From NCBI RefSeq assembly GCF_964355755.1, contig NC_092673.1, positions 31,989,648 to 32,053,647 of the forward strand: a DNA stretch of 64,000 bases, in the 5' to 3' direction. Both the position numbers and the translations under genes were made by a program. Each line of letters starts with the position of its first letter. Position 1 is the stretch's first letter. The notes beneath the pieces were generated by a model that saw only the letters and a program-made list of their open reading frames with translations, was not told where the DNA came from and did no database searches. The stretch comes from Antedon mediterranea. Its lineage: Eukaryota > Animalia > Echinodermata. Positions 1-12,240 of this stretch are shown in pieces.

Positions 1-2
1 AG

Positions 3-236
3 GACTCGCTTGTAGACAGTCATGGGTACCAATATACAGAGAAGATTGATAAAAGACGGGCAAATACAACATGGAGATGTTTTCTCAGAAACAAGAATGT
101 GACGTGCAAAGCAACAGTGTTGGAGAAGAATGGAGTTGAAACATTGTGGGACGAGTACCGCGAGGGCCAACGTAGTGTACGTTCTCAAATGCTTGCCGCG
201 AGTAAACTTATCACTCGCGATGCTCGCGTTGAATAG
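3..236 (+). pseudogene. Internally deleted Mutator/MULE-type transposase remnant (FLYWCH zinc-finger start fused to transposase C-terminus), runs off the window start
   Basis: Open frame DSLVDSHGYQYTEKIDKRRANTTWRCFLRNKNVTCKATVLEKNG resembles FLYWCH (GY.Y...WRC....CKA.V); it joins directly to TLWDEYREGQRSVRSQMLAASKL..., which resembles the C-terminus of invertebrate FLYWCH-MULE proteins; stop TAG 234-236. Confidence 0.55.
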
Positions 237-1603
237 TGCTAATGTTATGTATGTTAGTTAAATTAGTTAACAAATTAGTAAAAATCGTATGTTAGTAATA
301 AACATTAAATATAATTTTTAAATATTTGCAAAATACGTTAGTTAAGAACTTTTGTAAAATAACATGTTATTGCTAGAAATAAAGTCAATTTTAATGTATG
401 TAAAGAAGTAAGATATTAGTAAAAATCGTATGTTAGTAATAAACATTAAAAAAGATATTGTTTCATTGTTACATTTTAAACTATTTGCAAACTATATTAC
501 TTATTAGTTAAGTAGTTTTGTAATATAACATGTTATTACTAGTAATAAAGTCAATTTTAATGCATGCTAGTGGTTAGGCCTATATATGAAAAAAACAATT
601 ATAAATATAAATGTTATATTATATGTTTATTTATAAAATATGGTAGTTAAGTTAATTCGTTTGTAAATTCTCAAACTTATAACATGTCTAAATAAAAATA
701 CAGGAATTGATAATAAATGTGTTAAGATTGTATATAATAAAATAATTTTCATTTTTCTCTATCTGTGATGAATCTAACTGTATCTGAAAAGAAATCGTAA
801 TATTCTATACAATAATACAAATGTAGAGAAAAATCGGTAAAGCAATGCACCCCTATTTTTTTAATGGAATAAGCGACGGAGATCGCTAATCTAAACAATG
901 CATTTAATATAAACAATGCAAGCAAGCCTGGCGTTCCATACTAAATACATGCGGCCGAACTCGTTGGCGCCCGAACACGACGGTATTCTGCCAGGCTGGG
1001 GCCAGCTACATGTGTGCGCTGATTTCTGTGACTCGTCAGCCCTGGGGCTACTGTCTAAATCATAGTATTTGAGGGCCCCTTTATTGTCCGCATTTGCTTG
1101 TTGTTTATGGTCACCATTGTACAAACAAAGTTTAATAAAAAATATAGGCCTAAATAGGCCATTTGGAATAAAAATAAAACCCTCGTCTGCAGCGCACACA
1201 CATCCACGCAGCCTGGCGCCGCCGATAGGAATTCTACATATATAATACAACAGACACGATATGAAAAAAAATCCCAAGTCCTTATACAATGACGTCACAC
1301 ACGTACCAGCACCCCATTGGCTGAATATGACGTAATGCAATGTTACCGTACCTTTAGTAAACAGAAGTTAGAATACGGTACCGTATCTTTAGCCACGGCG
1401 GTATTAATTATTAATATTGCATTCAATTCAATGCTACAGTTACAGTATGTGCGATGTCCTTCTTGTGCGTCCGTCGCCTTGCAAATAGCGCAATGTGTTT
1501 GTTCGTAAAACCATATCACATATTAACTCCATTGGCGAACGCGCGTAAGCTTGTTCATAGATAAAGTCATGTTTTTTGATAACATAACGATTAAAATCGA
1601 AGA

Positions 1604-1855
1604 TGCAGATGACACTACAGCAGCATTTGAAGCCTTCTTTGACGATGAAGATGATTCAGTTTCAGTCATGGGCATAGCTTTCTCAAGTAACAATAATTGG
1701 CTGTACAGCCATTTAACCAAGCCAGTGAGAGAATGATCTGTGTCGTTGTCCCTAACTAACGCTTTTATAGTAAGCTATTCTGTGTTCTTCTGGTAACTTC
1801 TGTTTTATTTGGCTCAGCATGATTTTGCTGTTCAATTCTCCAGATAAACCAATGG
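1604..1855 (-). mobile_element. Isolated ~250-bp BEL/Pao gag fragment, near-identical to 27873-28120 in inverted orientation
   Basis: Translates LVKWLYSQLLLLEKAMPMTETESSSSSKKASNAAVVSSA, identical to the gag of the element at 26549-33044; has an extra 4-bp TAAC duplication; no LTR nearby. Confidence 0.9.
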
Positions 1856-2271
1856 AAGTTCCTGGAGATGATATTTGAACATAAAGCATGCAATTTGAAT
1901 TTTATTTATATCGTATATTTAACATTTTTAAACTTTGTAATAGTGGTTTGGAGGCTGTTAATATTATAATCATACAGCATTTATTTTCACATGCTATTAA
2001 TGATGCATTTATTGGTGGTTAATTGTCATGTCAACAATCAAGGTTCAAATCCTAGTTATTTTATAGTGTAAGAATTTTTTCCTATCCATAGATTTCAGAT
2101 GTGTCTAGTTTTAATGCCAAGATACAGAGCCACAAAAACAATCCTATTGTCTTGGAGGTCAAATAGGAGGTCAAATAGACCTAGATATCAAAAACCTTAA
2201 TCATGTGATGCTGTTGGCATTCAGTATGTACTGTATGATATGATTGCCTACGTTTTTGAGTAATAACGCAC

Positions 2272-3699
2272 CTTCCCTTCTGGAAATACATCGTCAATTG
2301 ATACAAAGTATGCTGGGATACGATGACCCCACCATAGTTGTCGAGATAAACACCAATCTCTGTTAAAATTTACGAAATTGTTAAAATTTACGAAAATTGG
2401 TAAAATGATAAAAGTTTTGTGATATTAATAATGATAACAATGATGTAAGCAACAAATCCTTGAAATCTCCCTGATTGATGATTGTGATAAATGTTGACAA
2501 TGATGCTGGGTGATGATATAATGACATTGATTATGATGATAATGATCTGTTGATGAAAAACAAACAATATGTCAAAGTGCTTTGACTGTATTCTGGAGAT
2601 TCAGAGACTTGACTAAGATGGATCATCTTAGAAACTCACCTGCTGTTCTTTAACCACTGGTTCCATGTTTTTATATGCATGTCAGGGATAATCTCCAAAT
2701 CTCCATCTTCAACTGCTTTCACGGCAGCAACGGCCATTTCAGTGCAGTTTACAAACCATTGAGATTTTATCAGTGGTTCTACAATGTCCTTTGAACGACT
2801 AAAATATTGAAATGTTAATAAGTTAATTATATGTGTATTATATACCTTATACAATTATTAGGAAGTGATCTGGTATAACATCAAAACAATAACATTCCAG
2901 CTTCATAGTTATAATGTAGGAAACCATAGAGGTATTATATTGGAAAAAAGAAGTGGTTAAAAAAGGTATGAACAGTATCATCAAGTTGCTTGATGAGGGT
3001 ATGCTTAGTCCTAAAAATGTTTAACTTACTAAGCTTACAAAAAGCTTTCACATTAAACAATCACTGCTTTGTAATTCTACCGTTTGTGAAAAAGTTTTTT
3101 TTTTTTAATTCTGATACATACAACATTAATTATTTGTATGTTATAACATCATAGCAGTAGTAGTATTCTCTAGGCTTACCTGCATACTGGGACCACCATT
3201 GAGTTATATTTACTGCCTCTGTACAAGTTTCTCTCCTTGAGGGCTTCCAAAACTGCTACCCTAGCATGAAATCTTTTCATTCCCTAACCCCAACAAAAAG
3301 TAATAAACGACTGTTTAAATTTATACAGTACCATAATGGATGGTAAAGTTAGTTAGAGTACTGTACAGAAATTGTGGCTAGAAACGGCCACTTTCCGCAG
3401 ACAAGCGGTAACGGTAACAAAAATATAAAATCTATGTTATTCCTTATGACCATTTACACAAAACGCGGAGCAGACAGGCAGTTTCCCCTCAAGATAGATA
3501 GATTTTCCACATACCGTTACCGCTCATCGGTGTAAATTGGCCTTTATAAAGGTTAGCAAAATATTATTATGTACCTGAAATTGAGAAGCAGTGTCAGCAA
3601 TGTTGCCATCTTCATTGATGACTGTTATTGTTGGAAGGTTGTGTTTCTGCCCAATTTCATAATCATTGTAGTCATGACCAGGTGTTATCTTAACAGCAC
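2272..3699 (-). pseudogene. VARS1: Four consecutive internal exons of valyl-tRNA synthetase (cytosolic VARS1-like): 3699-3575, 3283-3180, 2798-2640, 2359-2272; flanking exons not found, so probably a duplicated fragment
   Basis: GT-AG spliced, phase-compatible translation GAVKITPGHDYNDYEIGQKHNLP...[17 protein letters not shown]...[21 protein letters not shown]...[24 protein letters not shown] contains the ValRS signatures GAVKITP.HD.ND and [17 protein letters not shown]. Confidence 0.9.
3386..3542. mobile_element. MITE with ~31-bp imperfect TIRs (PIF/Harbinger-like ends) in a VARS intron
   Basis: ggccactttccgcagacaagcggtaacggta ... taccgttaccgctcatcggtgtaaattggcc are inverted repeats. Confidence 0.6.
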
Positions 3700-4107
3700 C
3701 TGTAAACAAATGAGTTCTATGAAACAGCTCAGTTTGCACTTGAGGTATGTTGAGCAGCTAAGTTTTCATAGATTATACTGCGAGTTGAAATACACAACAA
3801 TTCACAGTTAAAAGTAAGAAATCTATCAACTGTATGGCTAAACTTGAAGTAATAGTTTGCAATTGGCTTTTTGCTATAAATTTAAAGATTAACAAACCTT
3901 TGTTCGATCTGCTAGTTATTAGCTTAGTGTACAGTAGTGTAACATAGCATAAGATAAAAACATCATTCCATCAATAAGTTACTGTTTTTACATACTTTAG
4001 ATCCTTATTAAAAGGACATCTGGTACCACAAAGTATTAAAAAAAATATATTTAGCTTTGTTCATTTCAGAGAGAAGTGTCCAACTACTAGGTTGTGCTGT
4101 ATACAGT

Positions 4108-4353
4108 GGAGTGGATAACCGAGTGGTTAGAACACTTGACTGTCATACACATAGACCCGGGTTCAATTCCCGACAACTCCCAGTCCACTCAGCTGTAAAT
4201 GAGTACCTAGTTGAAAAAACTAGGGAGAAAAAAGCCGGCGTGGAAAGGAACTGGCCACCCTACCACATAATGCCGAGGCTTAGTACAATGAGCTCCTAAC
4301 AGCTCATTCCCCTATGTTCAGAATGAACACGGGACTCACCTCACCTCACCTCA
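4108..4353 (+). mobile_element. tRNA-derived SINE with (CTCAC)n tail and 11-bp TSD
   Basis: A-box-like tggataaccgagtgg, B-box gggttcaattccc, central gtccactcagctgtaaatgagtacc, tail ctcacctcacctcacctcac; TSD ctgtatacagt at 4097-4107 and 4354-4364. Confidence 0.85.
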
Positions 4354-4477
4354 CTGTATACAGTAAGTATATTTTGCTAGTGGAAACCACATTTTAGTGT
4401 CAGTTAATGTGAAGTAAAAATAATAATACAAGTGCAAATTAAATACAGATCAGGATATTTTCTCTAGATGGAAACCC

Positions 4478-4608
4478 AAACTTTATGTGACAAAAAATGT
4501 GATGTGCCCATATATGGACATGATGTCATATCACTACCATATTTGGATATCACTACCATATTTGGGCACATCACACTTTTTTGTCAAAATATTGTAGACA
4601 GAGCTTTA
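4478..4608. mobile_element. Palindromic MITE family copy 1 (others at 7082-7222 and 11299-11436)
   Basis: Shared core aaaaatgtgatgtgcccatatatgg...ccatatttgggcacatcacactttt and ends ...atagtgtagacagagcttta. Confidence 0.7.
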
Positions 4609-4666
4609 GACAGACAGTCCTAACTACATAAAAAGGGTAAACACCAATGTAAACATTAAACTTTAC

Positions 4667-5908
4667 TTGTTGAGTTTTTCTTCCCAATTATCATCAGTAA
4701 TTGGTTCTCACAAACTTGACATGGCGTTCACATTCATTCATTACTGTTCTTGCTTTCACAACATCATAAGCTACTGGGTTTGGTGCAACAAGCTTCACCA
4801 CATCTATGTTGCTCTCATTTTCTCTAGAAACAAGAAATCGTTAATCATTAAAATATGTAAATAAGATTATTATTTAATTATTAAAGCCCCCTTCCCTACG
4901 TTTTTTAGATCTAATTTAAGATCACAAACTATATTTAATGTAAAAATAATACTATATGGTCCTATTGCGATAACTTTTTTCGTATTTAAACGGTTAAAAA
5001 TGTGAAAAATAAGTCGATTCTAATAATTATAGCGGCCCGCTATAAATCCCAAAATGCATTGCGCACGGATTGATATTTTTGTTTTTCACCTGTAATTTGC
5101 CCACTTTTCGATCGATCGTGAGGCCAAAACAAATGGAAGACTCTTAACTTTTCAGCGAAAATACCGGGTTTTCCCCAATTTGTATCAACGGAGTCTGGCA
5201 AAAATAGAAAGACAATTAATGCAGCAACTATACAACGTCAGGCTAGGTATATAGCTACAGTAGCGTATGATGTTCGTACGTTACCAATGTTTACCAGCTA
5301 GGCCTACAAAACTAAGCCTAGCTAGGCTAGGCCTAAGACCGTCCACGAGAGGTCGATCGCCGCGAGCTACTTAGGTAGTGCATAGTTTCTCACTTTTTAT
5401 CATGATTTACCATAAAACGTACATTTAAGACAAGGAATGACATGGTTTAATGTTTTTAAAGTGATATATATGTATTATTTTCCAAAAAAACGTCCAAAAT
5501 TGCAGGGAAGGGGTCTTTAAGATTATAAATGAAATTATAAAATTTGCCAAAAAGAAAGAAAGATAGGCCTAGACCGATATACTTGGATTTTCAGTTTCTC
5601 ATTTATATATTAAATGAATCTATTGTCTTGTGCAAGTACGGTAGACAGCGTAAACATTTTTATTCAATAATATGCTAACCACAGTACACTCACATGATTG
5701 TCCTGTCTGTCCGTAAGCGTAAGGTACGAGGAACGAACAAACACTTTGCTGGTTTAGCATGACTAGCATCAGGGTGTGTACTCCATGGCCTAGCATATCC
5801 ATGATCAAGCATGACAATGTCAAGCTCCCTTTCACCGGCTGATAGTTGATATAAGAATGGTGATGCCACACTAGGGCGATGTTGTATAGGCGATCCTAAT
5901 GATGACAT
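4667..5908 (-). pseudogene. KANSL3: First two coding exons of KAT8 regulatory NSL complex subunit 3 (5908-5694, 4823-4667), frameshifted in exon 2, no further exons found
   Basis: FLYQLSAGERELDIVMLDHGYARPWSTHPDASHAKPAKCLF and IDVVKL..YDVVKARTVMNECERHVKFVRT..DDNWEEKLNK match the KANSL3 N-terminus (LDHSYAKPWSAHPDAS; KARSVMNECERHV; DWEEHVNR); GT-AG junction in phase; an extra base before TDDNWEE gives TGA TGA TAA. Confidence 0.88.
4885..5516. mobile_element. Non-autonomous Kolobok-like DNA transposon in KANSL3 intron 1
   Basis: TTAA at 4881-4884 and 5517-5520; TIR agcccccttccct / agggaaggggtct (12/13); AG...CT termini inside TTAA fit Kolobok rather than piggyBac. Confidence 0.7.
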
Positions 5909-6351
5909 ATTGGACGAGTCTAACTACAGTCCACACTAATGCACTATACTACTGGATTTCTGACTGAAACGAAGATATATAATATAAATAATAATATTAA
6001 CACATCCATAGTTAGGCCTATTTAATTTAGCATTTTCATCATTTCTAAATACTACTAAAAAACAGGCATATTATGCTTATTATAATTTAGTTTTGTTGAT
6101 GGTACAGAATCAAATGTAGGCCTACTGTATTTCATTTCTTTTGTTGCTATGGAAAGTTTCTCTGAAATAAAATTTGAATTGAATTATTATTGTATTATTT
6201 ATTTTTTCGAACGTCTGATTCACTCTCAGTTAATACTATAGGCCTAATAAAGGAATAGATATATTTCGGACTGTCTGATCAGGTACCCCCGTGACAGATT
6301 GCAACCCCTAACTTAACTATATACGATATACCATCGGACTGTCTAGAATAT

Positions 6352-9322
6352 TAGTCCAGTCCCTAAGGGGAGAAAAAGAGGTGGGATGTTACCACACTGG
6401 ATACAAATTTTTCAGTATAGCAGTTTGGTAGAGTATAGTGTGGAGATGCCAAAACAAAGTTACTGGAAATCTGATTTGACCTCTGTGACCTCTGACCTCA
6501 ATTTTTATATTTTTCTATTATATAACTAAAAATCGCCATATCTTGACAACGCATGGACATTTTACATTTATTTTTTTTTCAAAATGCTTGGAAGATATAT
6601 ATTTATATTCGCTATAATGAAAAAAATTGTACAAAAATGGCCGCAAAGGCTTTATTTTTCAGTTTGACCTTTGACCTTGATTGCCTAATATCTCAATAAC
6701 ACGCAATCTCAGAGATTTGAGAATGGGCTCAAAATGTTAAGAAAATAAATCTAATATTTAGTCTAATAGAAACTTTTTTCAAAAAATTACCATAAATTAA
6801 GCTTTTTTGACCCTTGACCTCTAATGTTTGAATATGTCAATATCTCGGTAACTATTTTTCCTAAAAAGTTCAGTTTGGTGTCAAATTGTTTAGAATATAC
6901 ACATTTATATTTGCTCTAACAAAATATTTTGTCAGAATTCAATTGGAAATGTCATTTTGAGCTATGACCCATCGTTTTGCATATATTTAGCAATTAATAA
7001 TCTATAAAAAGAGATCGAGAGAGGGGAGGGGGTTGGGGTGGATGGAGAGACACATATTTTTGTTACATGTTACACAAATGTTAAACTCTGTCTACACTAT
7101 AACATTTTTATGCGACAAAAAAATGTGATGTGCCCATATATGGACACGATGAATGACATATCACTACCATATTTGGGCACATCACACCTTTTTTGTTAAA
7201 CTAGTTTATAGTGTAGACAAACATGTAAAAAATATGTGTCTCTCCATCACCCCAACCACCTCCCCTCTCTCGCTTTTCCAATGCTACTGCATGCATCTAT
7301 ACACATCCAAATGGCCGGAATTGTACTGGAAAGTTTTTAGCTACATTTGAAAATAAGTCCCAGAGGATGGGTGTATTGTAATGTTATCAGAATTATGGCA
7401 ATTGTTTGTAATGGGAAAGTTTTAAAACTACATTTGAAATATTTGCTAATAATATCACATGCTATTAAAGATATACTTATTTTCCCCCTGACAAAAGTAA
7501 TTTTGACAAATATTTTTGTTGAATATGCAATTTTAATGTCACACATAATAGTTTCACCAAAAATTGGATTGAAAAAACATGATATAGTGCATACCCAAAA
7601 AAACTGTAATTCAAAGCAAAAAATAGGCTGGAAGTCAATGTGATTTTGGTTAAATTAACTGTTTATTTTGTCTTTAAAGTGATATTTACTCTATATTTTA
7701 GATTAGCTCTTTGATTAAACACCTCTTCCAATGCAGTGAAGATCTTAAGTGTTGCCTTGTCTTACTAATCTTTCTTAACTTCTCTTTGAACGATCGTAAT
7801 CAATATTTGTTGAGGTATAATATTTCCCTCTAATATATGGTAATGCCTGTTTTATTGAGTCAAATGCTTTCTGATAATCTCTAAATCAAAGATTTGGTGA
7901 TATTCATTTCCTTTTTATTTTAGTTGATTGACAAACTGTATAAGATGGTCCTACTGTATAAAGCCTTATATATTGGTTTATTTACTTATAGTCGGTCTCT
8001 GATTTTGGTTTTTGATTACTTTTGTAAATTATTTGTGTACATGTTAAAATGTTCGTTTGGTCGGTAATGGTTGATGTCAGTTTTGTCATGTTTTTGTGGA
8101 TTAAAGTATAATTATTATTGCTTCTCTTAATTTCTTCTGGTTTCAAAGATTTTGTTGTATAGTGTTATGAGCTGGATGTGTTATTGCCTCATCAAGCCAA
8201 GATGGTAATTTTGACTGCTCACTGGTTTGTTTTCCTTTTATATTCCACTGCAGTATGTTCTTGAAAAGAAATCAGCCTTGTAATTAATTTGTCTTTGATC
8301 CTTTTCAGATTTCTAATATTTTAAACATATGTTTTTCTTTTCTTCGCTTTTTCCTCACTGTTTCAAACATTTTATTTTTTCAGCATACTTCAAGCAATTA
8401 ATTGATAATTAGGTCATATGTTTTATGAGTATCAAATCGTATTGGTTAATTCTTCTTTTCTTTCTTTAAGATCCTGATTTTCTTTCTTTTTTTAAAATGT
8501 TATTTAACTTTTAAGTTTATCTAATTTTTTGTTGATATTAAGTGTTGCTCTTACGGTGTAGGCCTACCATGCGATGGAATTATATATTGAAATTAAATTA
8601 AACATTAAGCTTTAAGAAAATTGTAAAAGGCTAAATATGATATTGAATGTAGTTCTGGTCCATTAAATCTATATTTTAGGTATATTATTATAAGTATGAC
8701 ACACGCACGCTTAACAGTATATCCTGGTCATACCTCAAACTGGCATTTCCAGTAAAAATATGATAACATCTTCTATTAGAGCTAATATAAATGTTTACAT
8801 TTTGAACATTTTGACACCAAGTTGAACTTTTTATGACATTTGGTTACAGAGATACAGACATATTTAAACATTAAAGGTCAAAGGTCAGTAAATGACATTT
8901 CCTGTGGATTTGGAAGAACATGTTTAATTAGAGTATATATAAATATGTATGCTCTTAACAATTTGAAACAAATTTCAAGAAATTTTGATCAGTAGTTATT
9001 GAGATATAGTAAGCCGAGGTCAAAGGTCAAAACATTGAGAAATTACATTTCCGGTCGTTTTTTTGGAAAAAGTTCTATTAGAGCGAATATAAATATGTAC
9101 CCTCTGATCTATTTGACACCAATATCATTTCAATTGTCAAACCCGTTGCGGAGATATGGCTGTTTAAGATAGAAATATAAAAATTGAGGTCGGAGGTCAC
9201 AGAGGTCAAATCAGATTTCCAGTAACTTTGTTTTGGTATCTCCATATCATGTTCTATCAACATGCCAAAGGGCACACTTGTATCCACTATGGTAACATCA
9301 TTTCCCCTTAGGGACTGGACTA
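6352..9322. mobile_element. Non-autonomous TIR DNA transposon, Academ-like (TAG...CTA ends, long imperfect TIRs)
   Basis: tagtccagtccctaagggga (6352) / tccccttagggactggacta (9322); inner inverted blocks 6445-6520 vs 9170-9245 (gttactggaaatctgatttgacctctgtgacctc); possible 3-bp TSD tat; many tgacct motifs. Confidence 0.7.
7640..8620 (-). mobile_element. Highly degenerate non-LTR retrotransposon RT remnant nested in the Academ-like element
   Basis: Minus-strand fragments LPSWLDEAIT, PIYKAL, DYQKAFDSI, KIFTALEEVF with many stops and frameshifts. Confidence 0.5.
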
Positions 9323-12240
9323 TATAGGTAGCGCCTACCCACCCCCATGACAGATTGCGCCCGAAACATAACAGTTAACCATCTATTATAGAGGGTGCAA
9401 TATTACGGATTGTCTATAATATGTGGTACCCCCGTGACATATTGAACTTTTTTTTTGTGTCAGAAAAATACGATTTAAGAATGTTAATTATTTTAACACT
9501 AAACCACAATAGTTCAATCAGATGAACACATACCGCATTGTACCTATACCACCAGGATCTCGAAAACTAAACACTGTCTTCAATCAAATAATTTATATAA
9601 TAAATAATAATGGTCCTCTCCTTTTGTCATGTTTTTGCAAATGGATATAAAATCCAATGATGGGAGTTTAAAAATATTGTATCCCGGTGACAGATTACAC
9701 CCTTCCAGTATCATATACACCAAGGGATACAATATATTACGGTCGACTCAGTGTATAGAAAATGTACCCCCATGACAGATTGCACACCCTATAATATAAC
9801 AGTAAATAACTATTATTATAGAGGGGTGCAATATATTACGGACTGTCTAGAGCTGGTCTAGACTATTAGGTACCCCTGTGACAGATTGCACTGGGAAAAT
9901 ACGATTAAGAATTATTATTATTATTTTAACGCTAAACCACAATAGTTCAATTGGTCAGATAAGATGGACACATACCACATGTACCTATATCACCAGGATC
10001 TCGAAAACTGAACACTGTCTTCAATCAAATAATTTATATAATAAACAATAATTCTTGGTCCTCTTCTTTTGTCATGTTTTTGCAAATGGATACAAAATCC
10101 AATTCTGGGAGTCTAAAAATATTGTATCCCCGTGACAGATTACACCCTTCCAGTATCTATATACACCAACAATATATTACGGTCGACTGTGTATAGAAAA
10201 GGTACCCCCATGACAGATTGCACACCCTATAGGCCTAATAGTTTAATAACCATCTATTTTAGGGGGTGCAATATATTACGGACCGTCTAGAATATTAGGT
10301 ACTACGTTACAGATTGCACCCTCTATATTATAACAGTTAATAATAAATATAATAATATGCAGTTTGTCCACCCGTGGGAGTTTTTGACTTTTTTAACTAA
10401 ATAATTTGTCTGGGTGTGAGTGTATTTGAGCTTGGATGGGAGGGGCCGGGAGTTCTTGTTTGAACGAAAGGAGGTGGGGAGAGGAGATAATATGTTCAAC
10501 GGAAGGGATGGGAGGGGGTATAGTGTGTAGGGACAGGCCCACACCGTGTGCAACTGAATTGTCCGCCAGAGAGAGTTTAAGGGCATTTTTACATTAATTT
10601 ATATTTACATTTATATGGATCAATTACAAATTATAGCAACAGGGGTGAGGGGGAGGGGGTATGGTGTGTAGGGATAGGCAACTGAAGTGTCTACCAGAGA
10701 GAGTTTAAGGGCATCTTTACATACATTTGTATTTAGTACATTTATATGGACAAATTACAAATAGCAACAGGTACGTTCTATATGAACTGAACATCAGATA
10801 AGCCGTTGATTTCATCGCCCAAAAACGTGCCAACATTTGTTATAACTTAAAAGATAGCCAAACTTTCCACTAGAGAGAGTTTATTGAATTACAATATTCT
10901 GTCTGTCATCGAAAAATATTTTGATATACATTTAATTTTTTTAAATGTAATATTTCCAGAAGGTGACAAATTATGTCTTTACTATAAATCGTGCCGTTTT
11001 TTAATGTCCGTTTAAAAATAGCAGAGAAATGCAGTTTGTTTTACACTATGCCTAATACAGTATGCAGTTTGTCCACCAGAGTCAGTGACAGATGCCCGCG
11101 GTATCTTTAGATGTTACAAATGATGGATCGGTCAGTTAAATAGTGTGAATTTTAAATGATAGAAAAGTTCAAAGGTTATGCAAAGTGTATTTCTTTGGAG
11201 AACTATTTGTTCCCAAAGACACTCTTGTCAATGTCTTCACTGAACGTTTCTGGGGCAAATTGGTGAACTCAATTGAATTATGATATAAATGTTGATTATA
11301 AAGCTCCATTTACACTATTAAACTAGTTTGACCCAAAAAGTGGGATGTGCCAAATTAAAATAAGGTAGTGATATGCCCATACATGGCACATCACATTTTT
11401 TGTCACATAAAGTTTGATAGTGTAGACAAGGCTTTAGATTATATTCTACATCATTACATAATTCACATCCAGGTTCCTCTTTATTTGTAATAATAATCTA
11501 TTTAAAATATAAAAAATGCTTATAATAGTGGCATGCAAAATTAAAGTTGTGTAAACCGCTGAGTAATATACATTATAAAAAAAATTGAGTTAGCCGCTGA
11601 CTATGAAGTGTAACCTTATCACTTTCATTCTCTCTTTTCTCTCTATAAAAAAAAATGCAGTTTGTCCACCAGACGGAATATTTGGACTTAGTGCCTACGT
11701 TATTTTAAAACTAAATCATTTGTCTGGTTTTGAATGTACTTTAGCTTGGTTGGGGAGGGGATGGGAGGGAGTTCATGTTAGGTCGTGTTGAGAAATATCA
11801 AAATGATAAAGAAGGAAAAGTCCCCACAACAGATATCCGAAGTAGTTTATAGGCCGGCTCTAATAATATAGAAACTTGTACATAATGATTGAAATTCGGT
11901 AAATATTAGACTGTTGCCTAGAAAATAAAAATTAAAACAAATAAAATTCCGCTGTTAGGGAAAACAAATGGACCACCAGGAGTTACTCAACAGTTACAAT
12001 GTGGATTCATTTCAATATTTTGCAATAGTGCAGTAGTTCAACAAATCTGCCCAACCCGTTTATTGGCTGAATTTCTATGAATAAATTTGTCACGTCATCT
12101 TACCATGTACTTGTCTTATATTGAACTTTTCCCTTACGCTAATATTACTACATAAGTTTAATGATTGTCACACACCACGAAATGGATAAACCACTGAGTG
12201 AGTATATTACTTTTTCAATTTGTATTTTTTGTTAGCAAGA

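Larger units (their letters stand above)
6266..10322 (+). repeat. Complex minisatellite/array of the motif (ggt)acccc(c/t)gtgacagattgca, split by the 6352-9322 insertion; includes a ~440-bp tandem duplication within ~9420-10300
   Basis: About nine motif copies near 6284, 9340, 9427, 9681, 9765, 9870, 10126, 10203, 10300; paired blocks 'caccaggatctcgaaaact' at ~9550 and ~9991. Confidence 0.7.

Noticed and set aside
891-1340. 149-aa ORF
   Set aside because: No recognisable motif or splice context; probably chance.
4108-4180. tRNA gene
   Set aside because: No proper cloverleaf or acceptor stem; continues into a SINE body with tail and TSD.
2272-5908. Translated KANSL3-VARS fusion protein
   Set aside because: The KANSL3 exon 2 frameshift gives stops before the donor, and the ancestral exon phases (2 vs 1) are incompatible.
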